64,000 bases of DNA. Source: Malacoraja senta (Eukaryota). How positions within the stretch are numbered: the first letter of the stretch is position 1; every line of letters begins with the position of its first letter. Made by a program: the position numbers and the translations under genes. Below, piece after piece: positions 25,990 through 37,109 of this stretch. Under the pieces are notes generated by a model. That model was not told where the DNA came from, ran no database searches, and worked only from the letters and a program-made list of their open reading frames with translations. The stretch is taken from positions 162,688,001-162,752,000 of the forward strand of contig CM075978.1 of assembly GCA_038087875.1 (NCBI GenBank). Direction: 5' to 3'.

Positions 25990-27869
25990 AAAATGTAAGG
26001 AAGGATTAAACTAATTTGATTCTTTCCACCTTTAACATGCAGCTCTTCAACAGTATTTAGTAAATTCTGTTTCAATAACTGTTTAAAGTTAAGTTAGAAC
26101 CAAGCTGGCACTCAGCCATAATCTGTTTCTTATATCATTTGCGTTATGATACAATGATATTCAATGCACACAAATTAAATAACTATAGCTCCTAGAACAA
26201 TTCCAATCTTAATGCAGAAAAAGAATGACGCGTGCTATTTCATATTTTCACGCGAGTAATATGCTATCTTTAATATCCCTTGATTACAGTTAGTAATAAG
26301 ATTTTCCTACAAAGTTTTTCTCAATGTTTTAAAGCTTGTTCCCAGTTTAACATAATTTGATATTGTTCTATTATTTGAATGATATTGCAAAAACTAAAAT
26401 ATCATTTCAAACTAATCAGAAATAATATGTAATAAAATTGGTTCCATTGATTTTTGTAAAATCTTTGGCAATATTGATTTTTCTATTCAAATTTTTTTTC
26501 CGTAAATTTCTGAAGCTTAATTTTCATGATTTTACTGCCATGCAATTAGTTGAGTAACAAGTAGGCAAATTTAGGAAATATATCAGGTTTTGCTGAACCG
26601 TATATGAAAATATCTGCAATAAGGCTGTAAATGACAACAAAGATTCAGGTGGCATGGAATTTTGTGCAGTAATATTTACTACTTAACTATAATTGGGATG
26701 CTAAATTGTGAAGAAAAAGTTTTTAAAAAACGGTATTGTCTAGCATCGTGTCAGTAGCACTCATGTTATATTTGTATCAGAGCTTGTTCTGCGTCCGAAA
26801 TTCATTCTATTGACAATAATATCTGTAGACTGTGTTTGGTGCACCCGACTGGGATGAAATTTCCAATTATCCATTTGTTGCAAAGTTGAAAGAAAAGTTG
26901 CATTCTGAAGGGCCAGCTTTAGTGATAGAAAAAGTGACGAGTCATCAGCTTTCTGCTTTAATTAACCATCTAGCTCCACATCGACTAGTGAGTGCAGTTA
27001 AAAGCAGAAACCTGGAACTTGCTCTGATTTGTTCAGCTCCACCATGAGCTTTGTTAAACCGATACCTTGCCAATAGACTTCCCATTCAAAGTGCACAAGG
27101 GCATGAATTTGCAACATTCACATACTAGTTTCTCACTGAAGTGACAGCCAAACAACTTCTCTGGCCTTGAACACTCAAAGGTTTTTGCATACCCATTTCT
27201 TCAAATGTTTAAAACAGTATTTCTTTTGGTTTTTGTTTTCTATTTCTTTTAACCTTTTATTTTCTCTTTATTTCCCTTTCGGCAAATAATTTCACGTTGA
27301 ATAAAGTATTCTTATGGGATTAAAGGTAAATTAAAATTACAAAGATGAACAGGCATTCTGATCATTCAAATTTGTCTTCATTTTACATGGTTTGGATAAA
27401 TATTGAGTAATTTTATGTTTTGAGCATATTATTCAAAAATACATTTCCTTTTGAATATGTGTTCAGTTGCTAAAATCCTAAGAAGGAGCATTGATTGTAA
27501 TCTAATTCATTCTTCCTGCCTTGGACTCTGATTAGCACCTGAGGATCCTTTAAGGCCGATAGGATATGAAGTAAAGGTTTAGCCTCTCCTGTTCCAACAT
27601 CATTGACGTGTAAAAGCACAACACCAAAAAAGGACTCTAAAAAGGTAGCAAATTGATGTCAATGAATGGATAGGAAGTCCGGGGGAAGTTTTAGGTATAA
27701 TAAAAGTTGAACATGGGTTTTTAGCATTAACTACAAATCTAAACCATTTCCTATTTTATTATCTTTCAGCGCTGGTCCATAACTAATGGCCAGCAATTTA
27801 TTTAACATTTTAAGCAGCGTGAGGCAATGAGAAATGCAAGATTCAGGCAAACATTAACAGATTACAAAA

Positions 27870-27935
27870 AAAAGACGCAAAGTGCTGGAGAACATGAATA
27901 GGTGATGTTTTGGTTTGGGACCCTTTGTCAGACTC
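27870..27935 (-). mobile_element. Decayed Penelope-derived terminus
   Basis: aagacgcaaagtgctggag...aataggtgatgttttggtttgggaccctttgtcagact. Confidence 0.6.
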
Positions 27936-28173
27936 AATGTATATACGGGTTTGATAACAAAATTGGGATCGTTACTGGGTGAGTGGAGAGTTGTGCGTTC
28001 AGAGAGAGGGAGATTGAAGTGAGTAAGGGGAGTGGAGACATTAAGATGTGTCATGCCACGTTGGCAGTTGGAAATGAAGATAGAAGAGGTTGGCACTGGG
28101 AAGTGATACATTTCTTTCATCAACATGAATGGAGATACTTTTGAAGCAGGATGCAGTTTTGGACCCCAAATTT

Positions 28174-28730
28174 GTATGTGTGCAGTTTTGGTCTCCAAAT
28201 TTGAGGAAGGACATTCTTGCTATTGAGGGAGTGCAGCGTAGGTTCAGGAGGTTAATTCTCGGGATGGCAGGACTGTTATATGTTGAAAGAATGGAGTGAC
28301 TGGGCTTGTATACTCTGGAATTTAGAAGGATGGTAGGGGATCGTATTGAAATATACAAGATTATAAAGGGATTGGACAAGCTAGAGGCAGGAAACATGTT
28401 CCCAATGTTGGGGGATTCCAGGACCAGGGGCCACAGTTTAAGAATAGGGGTATGCCATTTAGAACAGAGATGAGGAACAACTTTATCACCCAGAGAGTTG
28501 TGAATCTGTGGAATTCTCTGCCACAGAAGGCAGTGGAGGCCAATTTTCTGGATGCTTTCAAGAGAGAGTAAGATAGAGCTCTTAAAGATAGTGGTCAAGA
28601 AATATGGGGAGAAGGCAGGAACGGGGTACTGATTGTGGATGACCAGCCATGATCACAGTGAATGGCAGTGCTGGCTCGAAGGGCCGAATGGCCTACTTCT
28701 GCCCCTATTGTTTATTGTCTATTGTCTATT
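28174..28730 (+). mobile_element. CR1 LINE 3' fragment, (TATTGTC)n tail
   Basis: VQFWSPNLRKDILAIEGVQRRF...RVVNLWNSLPQKAVEA with disablements, then a CR1 3' UTR. Confidence 0.95.
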
Positions 28731-29051
28731 GATGCACCAAAAATGTTTAGTGTACTACATATTAGATACTAACCTGATGATACAGAATTTGCTATATTAA
28801 GTTTTAGGAATGAATAATCCTAGGAGTGGTAATAGAAGAACATTTGGATAGAGGCAGAAATGGACTCACCAAAGCAGAATAAATTGCCAATCATATAATT
28901 AAGCACTTCAGAATATAAAAGATACTGAAGGCAAAAAATACTCATTATAAGTTTAATCAAACATAACCTATGTATGCTGAAACTATCTTTGCAATTTTAA
29001 TGCCTATAATGTGAGAAAGAAGGGCATGGTCAGTTCATTCCCATCAGATTC

Positions 29052-29320
29052 AGTTTAGTTTAGTTTGGTTTAGAGATACAGCGCAGAAGCAGGCCCTTCG
29101 GCCCACCAAATCAGCATCGACCCAGTGATCCCTGCACATTAACACTATCCAACACACACTAAGGACAATTTACATTTATACTAAGCCAATTAACCTGCAA
29201 ACCTGTAGGTCTTTGGATTGTGAGAGGAAATCGACGATCTTGGAGAAAACCCACGCGGTCACGGGGAGAACATACAAACTCCATACAGACAGCACCCGTA
29301 GTCAGGATCGAACACGGGTC
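29052..29320 (-). mobile_element. HE1-like V-SINE
   Basis: (gttta)n tail on the plus strand, V-domain and B-box on the minus strand. Confidence 0.92.
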
Positions 29321-29440
29321 GCGTTTGGATTCAATTAGTTTCTGTTTTACCACATTTGTTTATTGCACACGAGAGGGGCCATTTTACCACTGGGTTTAGA
29401 GGTCCAGCAAAGGTAAACAGTCCCAAAATGGAGTTTCCTT

Positions 29441-29748
29441 CATGGTGGCGCAGCGGTAGAGTTGCTGCCTTCCAGCGCCAGAGAGCTGGGTTCAATCCTG
29501 ACTACGGGTGCTGTCTGTACGGAGTTTTTACATTCTCCCTGTGACCGCGTGGGTTTTCTCCGGGTGCTCCGGTTTCCTCCCACATTCCAAAGACGTGCAA
29601 CTTTGTAGGTTAATTAGCTTTGATAAAATTGTAATTCGTCACTAGTGTGTAGGAGAGTGCGAGCGTGCGGGGATCGCTGGTCGGCGTGGACTCGGTGGGG
29701 CTGATGGGCATGTTTCCACACTGTATCTCTAAACTAAACTAAACTAGA
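29441..29748 (+). mobile_element. HE1-like V-SINE, near full length
   Basis: A-box tggcgcagcgg, B-box gggttcaatcc, V-domain and (aaact)n tail. Confidence 0.95.
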
Positions 29749-30556
29749 CTTGAGCACCCTATCTAACCTCCCCTTCACTCTCACCACCAGACAATTCTGA
29801 TGCTCAACTCTAGCTCTTCATAAGTCTGATATCAGTGCCATGTAAACCAGGTTCAAATAAATATACTTCAATTAAAACATAATGAGTAATTAAAATGTAA
29901 ATTAATTTAAAACGTTATTGCTAATTAAAATATTAACAAAATGAAAACTGCTCACCTTTCCCATCCAGGCCAGCAAATGTGAAACAAGGAGCCAGATACG
30001 AAGTGTATCCAGCACCAAGAACCTCCATCGACCGCATGGTGACTCTCAGGATAGAGCAAGAGGTCAAATGTCCCAACGCCTGTCCTCCAGCATGGTCTCA
30101 CTTCTTCACTGCAATGTACAAGCATGAGAGTCACATAGATGCTGACCCATGAGGGTTTCCTTACCGCAAGCTCTCCTCCAACCCACAAGTAACTGCGTGC
30201 ATCTCAGGCCAATCCATCTCAATCAACTCAATGTGAACTGTGGGTGCAGATAAAGCACAGGGGCATAATGCAGTTGGTTGAAGTTGTATAAAGTCACGTA
30301 AAGAAAGTTGAACTATTTATTTCACAAAATGCTGTGAAACTATTTTTGGGGATTTAATTCTTAATCTGTGATATGATAGGCCTATTCTGTCAAACATAAG
30401 ATAGACTGGGTGAATTTACCAACTAACTCGATAAGGAACTCTAGCTTAAATGCAAACAGATTCAAGATTTGAACGCATTATTGGTGAACTTACAGGACCA
30501 AACGCAACTTTATGTTATTGGAGTTCTCTTTTAATTAAAGGCATTTGTAAGTCCAA

Positions 30557-30830
30557 CACCATGGTGCAGCTGGTAGAGCTGCTAGCTCACAGCAACAGAG
30601 AGTGGGATTTGATCCTGATCTCGGGTGCTGTCTGCGTGGAGTTTACGTGAAGTTTCCCCCTGTAACAGCATGTGTTTCATCCGGTTTTCTCCCACATCCT
30701 AAAGACACAAGGTGAATCGGTAAATTGGATGGGATAGTATGATAACATAGAATCAGTGTGAACAGCTGATCAACGATCAGCATGGATTCAGTAGGCCAAA
30801 GATCCTGTTTCCATGTTGTATCACTAAACT
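30557..30830 (+). mobile_element. HE1-like V-SINE, diverged
   Basis: atggtgcagctggtagagctgct...gatcctgatctcgggtgctgtctgcgtggagttt...tgtatcactaaact. Confidence 0.85.
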
Positions 30831-31011
30831 CAGTAACAAATAAAGAATTCTGAGCACTAATGCAGCTATTAGTATACGACAGCCAGTCTCTAACTAGGAT
30901 GGAGCTCAAATTATTGACACTTTCTGTATTGTATGAGTATGACATGCACTGGATTTATAACAGTCCAGGATTATCTGGAGCAACTGTTCACACCATATAT
31001 ATTAAAATAAA

Positions 31012-31368
31012 TAGAATCAGTCATACAGCGTGGAAACAGGCAGTTCAGCCCAACTTGCCCAAACCGACCAACATGTCCCGTCTACACTAATCCCACTTGC
31101 CTGTGTTTGGCCCATATCCCTCTAAACTTGTCCTATCCATGTACCTGTCTAATTGCTTCCTAAATGTTGTGATAGACCCTGCCTCAACCATCTCCTCCGG
31201 CAGCTCCTTCCATAAACTCACTACCCTTTGCATGAAAAAGTTATCCCTCAGATTCCTATAAAATCTTTCCCCCTGCACCTTAAACCTATGCCCTCTCGTT
31301 CTCGATTCTGGTTCTCTCTGGGCAAGAGACTTGGTGCGTCCACCTGATCTATTCCTCTCATAATTTTT
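31012..31368 (-). mobile_element. CR1 3' fragment
   Basis: FFMQRVVSLWKELPEEMVEAGSITTFRKQLDRYM plus the CR1 tail. Confidence 0.9.
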
Positions 31369-31804
31369 TTACTAAACTAAATTTCTAACTGAGAATTAAA
31401 GTGCAGCATAACAAAAAGAAAGATTTCACTTAACTAAAAGTGATTACTTGGAATATAAATTTAAATACTTTTGGATCAAATACCTTTCTTTGTATGATAC
31501 TGATGCACCTTGATTACCCAATTCCTGAATGAACATAGAGATGGCTTATTTTGCAAAGTGAGAAACCAGACCCATCCACTCCCGTATGTGAAAGTCCATT
31601 CACTAATTGTACACAGCAGAGAGAAAGCTGTGCAGTTTTAATGGCGCTGCTAGGCTGAGAATCATATGTGCATGATCAATTACATTGACAGCAGGTGATC
31701 AAGTGCTCAGCTGACCCATTAATTTCCAGTTAAAGTTGCATTGACAAGAAAATAAGCTCTAATCACTGAAAACCATAAATGCCGGTGGACTTGAATAAGA
31801 TAGG

Positions 31805-31990
31805 ATGGCACAGTGGTGCAGCTATTAGTGCTACTGCCTCAGAGATTCACAACCCAGGTTCAGTCCTGGCCTTGGTTGCTGTCTTGTGTGAATTCTGCAA
31901 CTTGTCTCCGTAATGCATGGGTTTTCTCTGGATGCACCGGTTTCCACCCACATTGCAAAATACTTTTTGGTAGGTAAATGGGTTACTGTA
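31805..31990 (+). mobile_element. Degenerate V-SINE
   Basis: ggcacagtggtgcagc...ccaggttcagtcctgg...gggttttctctggatgcaccggtttccacccaca. Confidence 0.75.
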
Positions 31991-32330
31991 CTTCCCCCAG
32001 AGCATATGCTAATAGCAAAAAGAGACAACATGGGAGTTGGTGGGCATGTTTGAGGGCATAAGTGTGGGATGGAGAGTTATATGGAGAGGGTGGGTTGGGA
32101 TTAATAGATTGTTCATCTGGAATGCCATGTATACGATGTGGTAATCAACTGTATCTTTGGCATATGCATCATTGGAGTGGCATCATGGCTGAGAAATCAC
32201 TGTGTGAGGTTGCACCTACTGGTAAAGGAGAGGGAAGAAAGCAGTATGGATCCTAAGGTGGAATTAAAACATTTATTTCCGTTTCTGCTTCAGATTTGTC
32301 CTCTGGCATTCCAGTTATATAGAGAATGTC

Positions 32331-32537
32331 ACAAAGTGCTGGAGTAACTCAGCATGTCAGGCAGCATCTCTGGGGTACATGGCTATGTGTGTTTTCATTT
32401 GGGATGAGACTGAAGAACGGTCTCGAACCGAAACGTCACCTATCCCTGTTCTCCAGAGATGCTGCCTGACCTGCCGAGTTACTCCTGCACTTATAATATT
32501 CTTTGTGTATTAACCAGCATCTGCAGTTCTTTGTTTC
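32331..32537. mobile_element. Penelope-derived inverted-repeat insertion with hammerhead core (32410-32437, +)
   Basis: Arms gtgctggagtaactcagcatgtcaggcagcatctctgg / ccagagatgctgcctgacctgccgagttactcctgcac. Core CTGAAGA...GAAACGTC. Flank duplications tatatagaga and gagaatgtc. Confidence 0.85.
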
Positions 32538-33073
32538 TATATAGAGAGTGAGAATGTCCAAACTTTCCAAAGTACTTCCTGGACAATATTTCAGAGGCAT
32601 CGTAACCATTGCTCTACATAAAAAAAATTACTGAAATTACTTTATGAATTCTTCTCGTAGTAAATAATATATTTGGAAAAACATCCTACCACAGGTGGGT
32701 TGATTTTAAAAAAATGATTACAATCAATGCTCCTTAGGATTTTAGCAACAGATCACATTTTCAAAAGGAATTTTTTTCTTGAATAATATGATTAAAACAT
32801 AAAATTACTCAACATTTATCCAAACCATGTAAAATGAAGGCAAATTTGCATGATAACTCTGAACTGAATACCTGTCAATCTTTGTATTTTTTCTTTACCT
32901 TTAATCCCATAAGAGACTATGACCATACTAAATCATTTGCAAAATTGAAGAACACAAATAAATGTCTGTATAACAAACTATAGTTCAATCATTCATTCTG
33001 TTTTCAGCTGTAATAAAATGTAGAGTGCATCACTTGATACTGTTATCTAGACACCTCAGAAAACAACTGGAAT

Positions 33074-33988
33074 CCTCCACCATAGATGAGGCTCGCACCA
33101 GGGTCTTTGCCATACCCCGCAACACTGCTCTCTCTCCCCATCCCCCCACTCACAACAAAGGCAGAGTCCCCCTAGTCCTCACCTTTCACCCCACCAGCCG
33201 TCACATACAACAAGTGATCCTCCGTCAGTTCCGCCACCTCCAACGTGACCCCACCACTCGCCACATCTTCCCATCTCCCCCTATGTCTGCCTTCCGCAAA
33301 GACCGCTCCCTCCGTAACTCCCTTGTCAATTCTTCCCTTCCCTCCCATACCACCCCCTCCCCTGGTACTTTCCCTTGCAACCGCAAGAGATGCAACACTT
33401 GTCCCTTCACTTCCCCCCTCCACTCCATTCCAGGACCCAAGCAGTCGTTCCAGGTGCGACAGAGGTTCACCTGCATCTCCTCCAACCTCATCTATTGCAT
33501 TCGCTGCTCTAGATGCCAGCTGATCTACATCGGTGAGACCAAGCGGAGGCTTGGCGATCGTTTCGCCGAACACCTCCGGTCGGTCCGCAATAACCAACCT
33601 GAACTCCCGGTGGCTCAGCACTTCAACTCCCCCTCCCATTCCGTATCTGACCTCTCTGTCCTGGGTCTCCTCCATGGCCACAGCGAGCAACACCGTAAAT
33701 TGGAGGAAATGCACCTCATATTCCGCTTGGGCAGCCTACATCCTGGTGGCCTGAACGTTGAATTCTCCCAATTCTGCTAGCCCTGGCTGTCCCCTCCCCT
33801 TCATCAGCCATCTGGTTGTCTCCGCCCCTCCCCCAGCCCTCGGGCTCCTCCTCCTGCTTTTCCTTTTTTCCTTTCTTCTCCCCACCCCCTATCAGTCTGA
33901 AGAAGGGTTTCGGCCCGAAACGTTACCTATTTCCTTCGCTCCATAGATGCTGCTGCACCCGCTGAGTTTCTCCAGCATTTTTGTGTAC
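33074..33988 (+). mobile_element. 5'-truncated Penelope-like retroelement with GIY-YIG endonuclease
   Basis: Open frame to 33780 containing PCNRKRCNTC and SSNLIYCIRCSRCQLIYIGETKRRLGDRFAEH. 10-bp TSD caactggaat at 33064-33073 and 33989-33998. Confidence 0.95.
33895..33926 (+). ncRNA. Minimal hammerhead motif in the Penelope 3' region
   Basis: CUGAAGA-A-GGGU(UUCG)GCCC-GAAA-C-GUU, with palindromic AACGUU stem III. Stem I has only 2 contiguous bp. Confidence 0.55.
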
Positions 33989-34151
33989 CAACTGGAATTC
34001 ATTGAATGGTGGAAAATATTTATATCTTATTGAAATTATTTACTCAAACAAAAGTTATGATGAAGTTATCGGCTAATTAAAATGAATATGATTTGTATAT
34101 GAAATAAGATGCTATTTACTTGTTTATATTTATTTGCAGAAATTTCTCAAA

Positions 34152-34683
34152 AGACAATAGACAATAGGTGCAGGAGTCGGCCATTCGGCCCTTCGAGTCA
34201 GCACCGGCATTCAATGTGATCATAGCTGATCATCCCTAATCAGTACCCCTTTCCTGCCTTCTCCCCATTTCCCCTGACTCCGCTATCTTTAAGAGCCCTA
34301 TCTAGTTCTCTCTTGAAAGTATCCAGAGAACCGGCCTCCACCGCCCTCTGAGGCAGAGAATTCCACAGACTCACAACTCTCTGTGAGAAAAAGTGTTTCC
34401 TCATCTCTGTTCTAAATGGCTTACCCCTCATTCTTAAACTGTGGCCCCTGGTTCTGGATTCCCCCAACATCGGGAACGTGTCCAAACCCTTAACAATCTT
34501 ATATGTTTCAATTAGATCCCCTCTCATCCTTCTAACCTCCAGAGTGTACAAGTCCAGCCGCTACATTCTCTCAGCATATGACAGTCCCGCCATCCCGGGA
34601 ATTAACCTTGTAAACCTACGCTGCACTCCCTCAATAGCAAGAATGTCCTTCCTCAAATTAGGGGACCAAAACTGCACACAATA
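34152..34683 (-). mobile_element. CR1 LINE 3' fragment, (TATTGTC)n tail
   Basis: ORF 34240..34551 (RRMRGDLIETYK...RVVSLWNSLPQRAVEA). Same subfamily as 28174-28730. Confidence 0.95.
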
Positions 34684-35390
34684 AATACTCCAGTGTGTGC
34701 TCAAATACTCAAAATACTCAAGCCTTTTTAATAATTATAAAATTGATATGAAATTCTTCAGCCGATCCACTATCATTGTGAAATATTTAGTTACCTAAAA
34801 TCTGTTTTCTAAACACTAAGTAGGTGTTAAAATATCATATTTCTTCAGCTATAGTTTCATTTAACAAATTTACTTCAATGGAGATCGGGAAAATGTGAAA
34901 ACTTAGTTTTGGACAATTTTCAGAAAAGTAATGCCGTTTATAATTGCCTCAAATAATAAAAAGCCTAACTTGTCTGCAAATAAAACTTGCTTTAAAATAA
35001 CAAACATATGTTATCAATGCAACTATAATCTTAACCCAATCAAGTATTAGTTCTACTTTGAGATATTCAAATGGAAAGATAAATGATTTCGCTCCAAGGG
35101 GAAATCTTCATCTTTTCTCACCAGCACTGAAGACATGTTCAGGTATCAGCCACACACTGTGCACATCCTCATCCTCAGTCACCTGGAGCCAAATGGATAA
35201 CCAGTGACCAAAACTCTTGCATCAGTTTTAGAACCTGTGACCAAAGGCAAATTTATTTTTGTGAATTATTTTCTGATACTTGTTTTTTCTTTTGTTATAT
35301 TATAGTTGTTGTCACATGGCAACGTGTTATCTACATCATCTGCAGAGGGAAAAGCTGGTGAGTTGCTCCTTACATCCACTACATATCATT

Positions 35391-35818
35391 CATGATGAGC
35401 TTTTGATGGCACTGGGCCTGTACTCTCTGGAGTTTAGAAGAATGAGGAGGGACCTCATTGAAACGTATTGAATAGTGAGAGTGGATATGGAGAGAATGTT
35501 ACCACTGGTGCGAGAGTCTAGGACTAGAGGTCATAGCCTCAGAATTAAAGGAAGTTCCTTTAGGAAAGAGATGAGGAGGAATTTCCAGTCAGAGAGTGGT
35601 GAATCTGTGGAATTCATTGCCACAGAAAGCTGTGGAGGCAAAGTCAATGGATATTTTTAAGGCAGAGATAGATAGATTCTTGATTAGTACGAGTGTCAGG
35701 GGTTATGGGGAGAAGGCAGGAGAATGGGGTTAGGAGAGAGAGATAGTTCACCCATGATAGAAATGGCAAAGTAGAGTTGATGGGCCGAATGGCCTAATTC
35801 TTCTCCTATCACTTATGA
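35391..35818 (+). mobile_element. CR1 3' fragment
   Basis: ALGLYSLEFRRMRRDLIETY...SRTRGHSLRIKG plus the 3' UTR. Confidence 0.92.
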
Positions 35819-36511
35819 TCAGCTGATGTGTCCAGCAAGACTGACCTGGTATCACTTAACTTGTGCTTCCCTGTTCATAATTATGAAGATACATCGCGAA
35901 ATACCCCACTCACTGAAAGGGATCAATCGTGACCACATCTGCTAAAAGAAACAGAGGCTTGATGAGAGAGTTACTAGATTTCAAAGTGTGCGTTATTTAA
36001 ATTTACCACTCGCTTACAACAAGGAACTGGGATTTTCACAGGAGATAAGGGAGTTTGAATTTACCAGTAAACTTGAACATATTTGACTGATATTGCCATC
36101 TAAGCTTTCTCTCGAACTTGGAATTATTAGCTTCACTAGCTCCTAAAGTAGAAATGATAAAAACCAAATGGGAAGTGAGTGCAAAATTAATAGAAACTGG
36201 CAACATTGGTGACAAGATAATCAACTGATTGGGGAAGGGAACAGATGAGGTGCCAGAGGACTATCCTTGAGATCAATGGAGCAACACCATAATTTCAGGA
36301 GGAGCCTAGAATTCTTCCTGAATATTTAATCACAGCACCTTAGGAGAAAGCAATAACGCTATCAATAAGCAGCGATGGCAATGACAACCATAAGAGTAGT
36401 ATCACCAAAAATTGAATAGAAAGTAGACTATCAATATAATCTAAAAATTAATCTAAACATTAGTTTGTTTGTATGCTGAGGTGATTGTATTGTAGCTCGG
36501 GCGGCAATTTG

Positions 36512-36870
36512 GAATCATACAGCATAGAAACAAGACCTTTGGCACAACTCATCCACATTGATGCCGCATCAAGCTAGTCCCATTTACTCACGTTTGGCCC
36601 AGATCCCAGTAAACCTTTCTTATTGAAGGTAGAAACAAAATGCTGGAGTAACTCAGCGGGACAGGCAGCATCTCTGGAGAGAAGGAATGGGTGACATTTC
36701 AGGTCGAGACCCTTCTTCGGACGTCAGAGTTTGAAGAAGGGTCTTCAGACTCTGGTCTCGACCCAAAACATCACCCATTCCTTCTCTCCAGAGATGCTGC
36801 CTGTCCCGCTGAGTTACTCCAGCATTTTGTCTTTACCTTCCTATTCATACACCTGAACAAATATCATTTA
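36512..36870 (-). mobile_element. CR1 3' tail interrupted by a Penelope hairpin
   Basis: atcatacagcatagaaacaag...aaacctttcttatt, resuming at ctattcatacacctg. Confidence 0.75.
36625..36840. mobile_element. Penelope-derived inverted-repeat insertion
   Basis: Arms at about 36625-36710 and 36744-36840 (gaaggtag...gagac / gtctc...taccttc). Short duplication ttatt/ctatt at the junctions. Confidence 0.9.
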
Positions 36871-37109
36871 GGTTGTATGAGAAAGTAATGTGCAAAGTAT
36901 ACAATTTAAGAGAATGGGAGGAAGCCATCAGTACATTTAAGAGGAGCATTTATTTTCTAATACAACACACTAACCTGTTCATCTTTGCTACACGGGCGAT
37001 GGCATCGTCAACACATATTAGCACTTCCATGAAAAATAGTTAACACGAGCTATGCATGGTGATTGCAAAATTTAACAAGAAATAACCATAAAAAGTATCG
37101 TCAACAGAA

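Noticed and set aside
28041-28598. 185-aa minus-strand ORF
   Set aside because: Antisense to a CR1 fragment.
29441-29500. tRNA-like A/B boxes, also at other SINE heads
   Set aside because: These are SINE heads continuing into the V-domain; no complete cloverleaf.
33172-33714. 180-aa antisense ORF
   Set aside because: Shadow of the C-rich Penelope coding strand.
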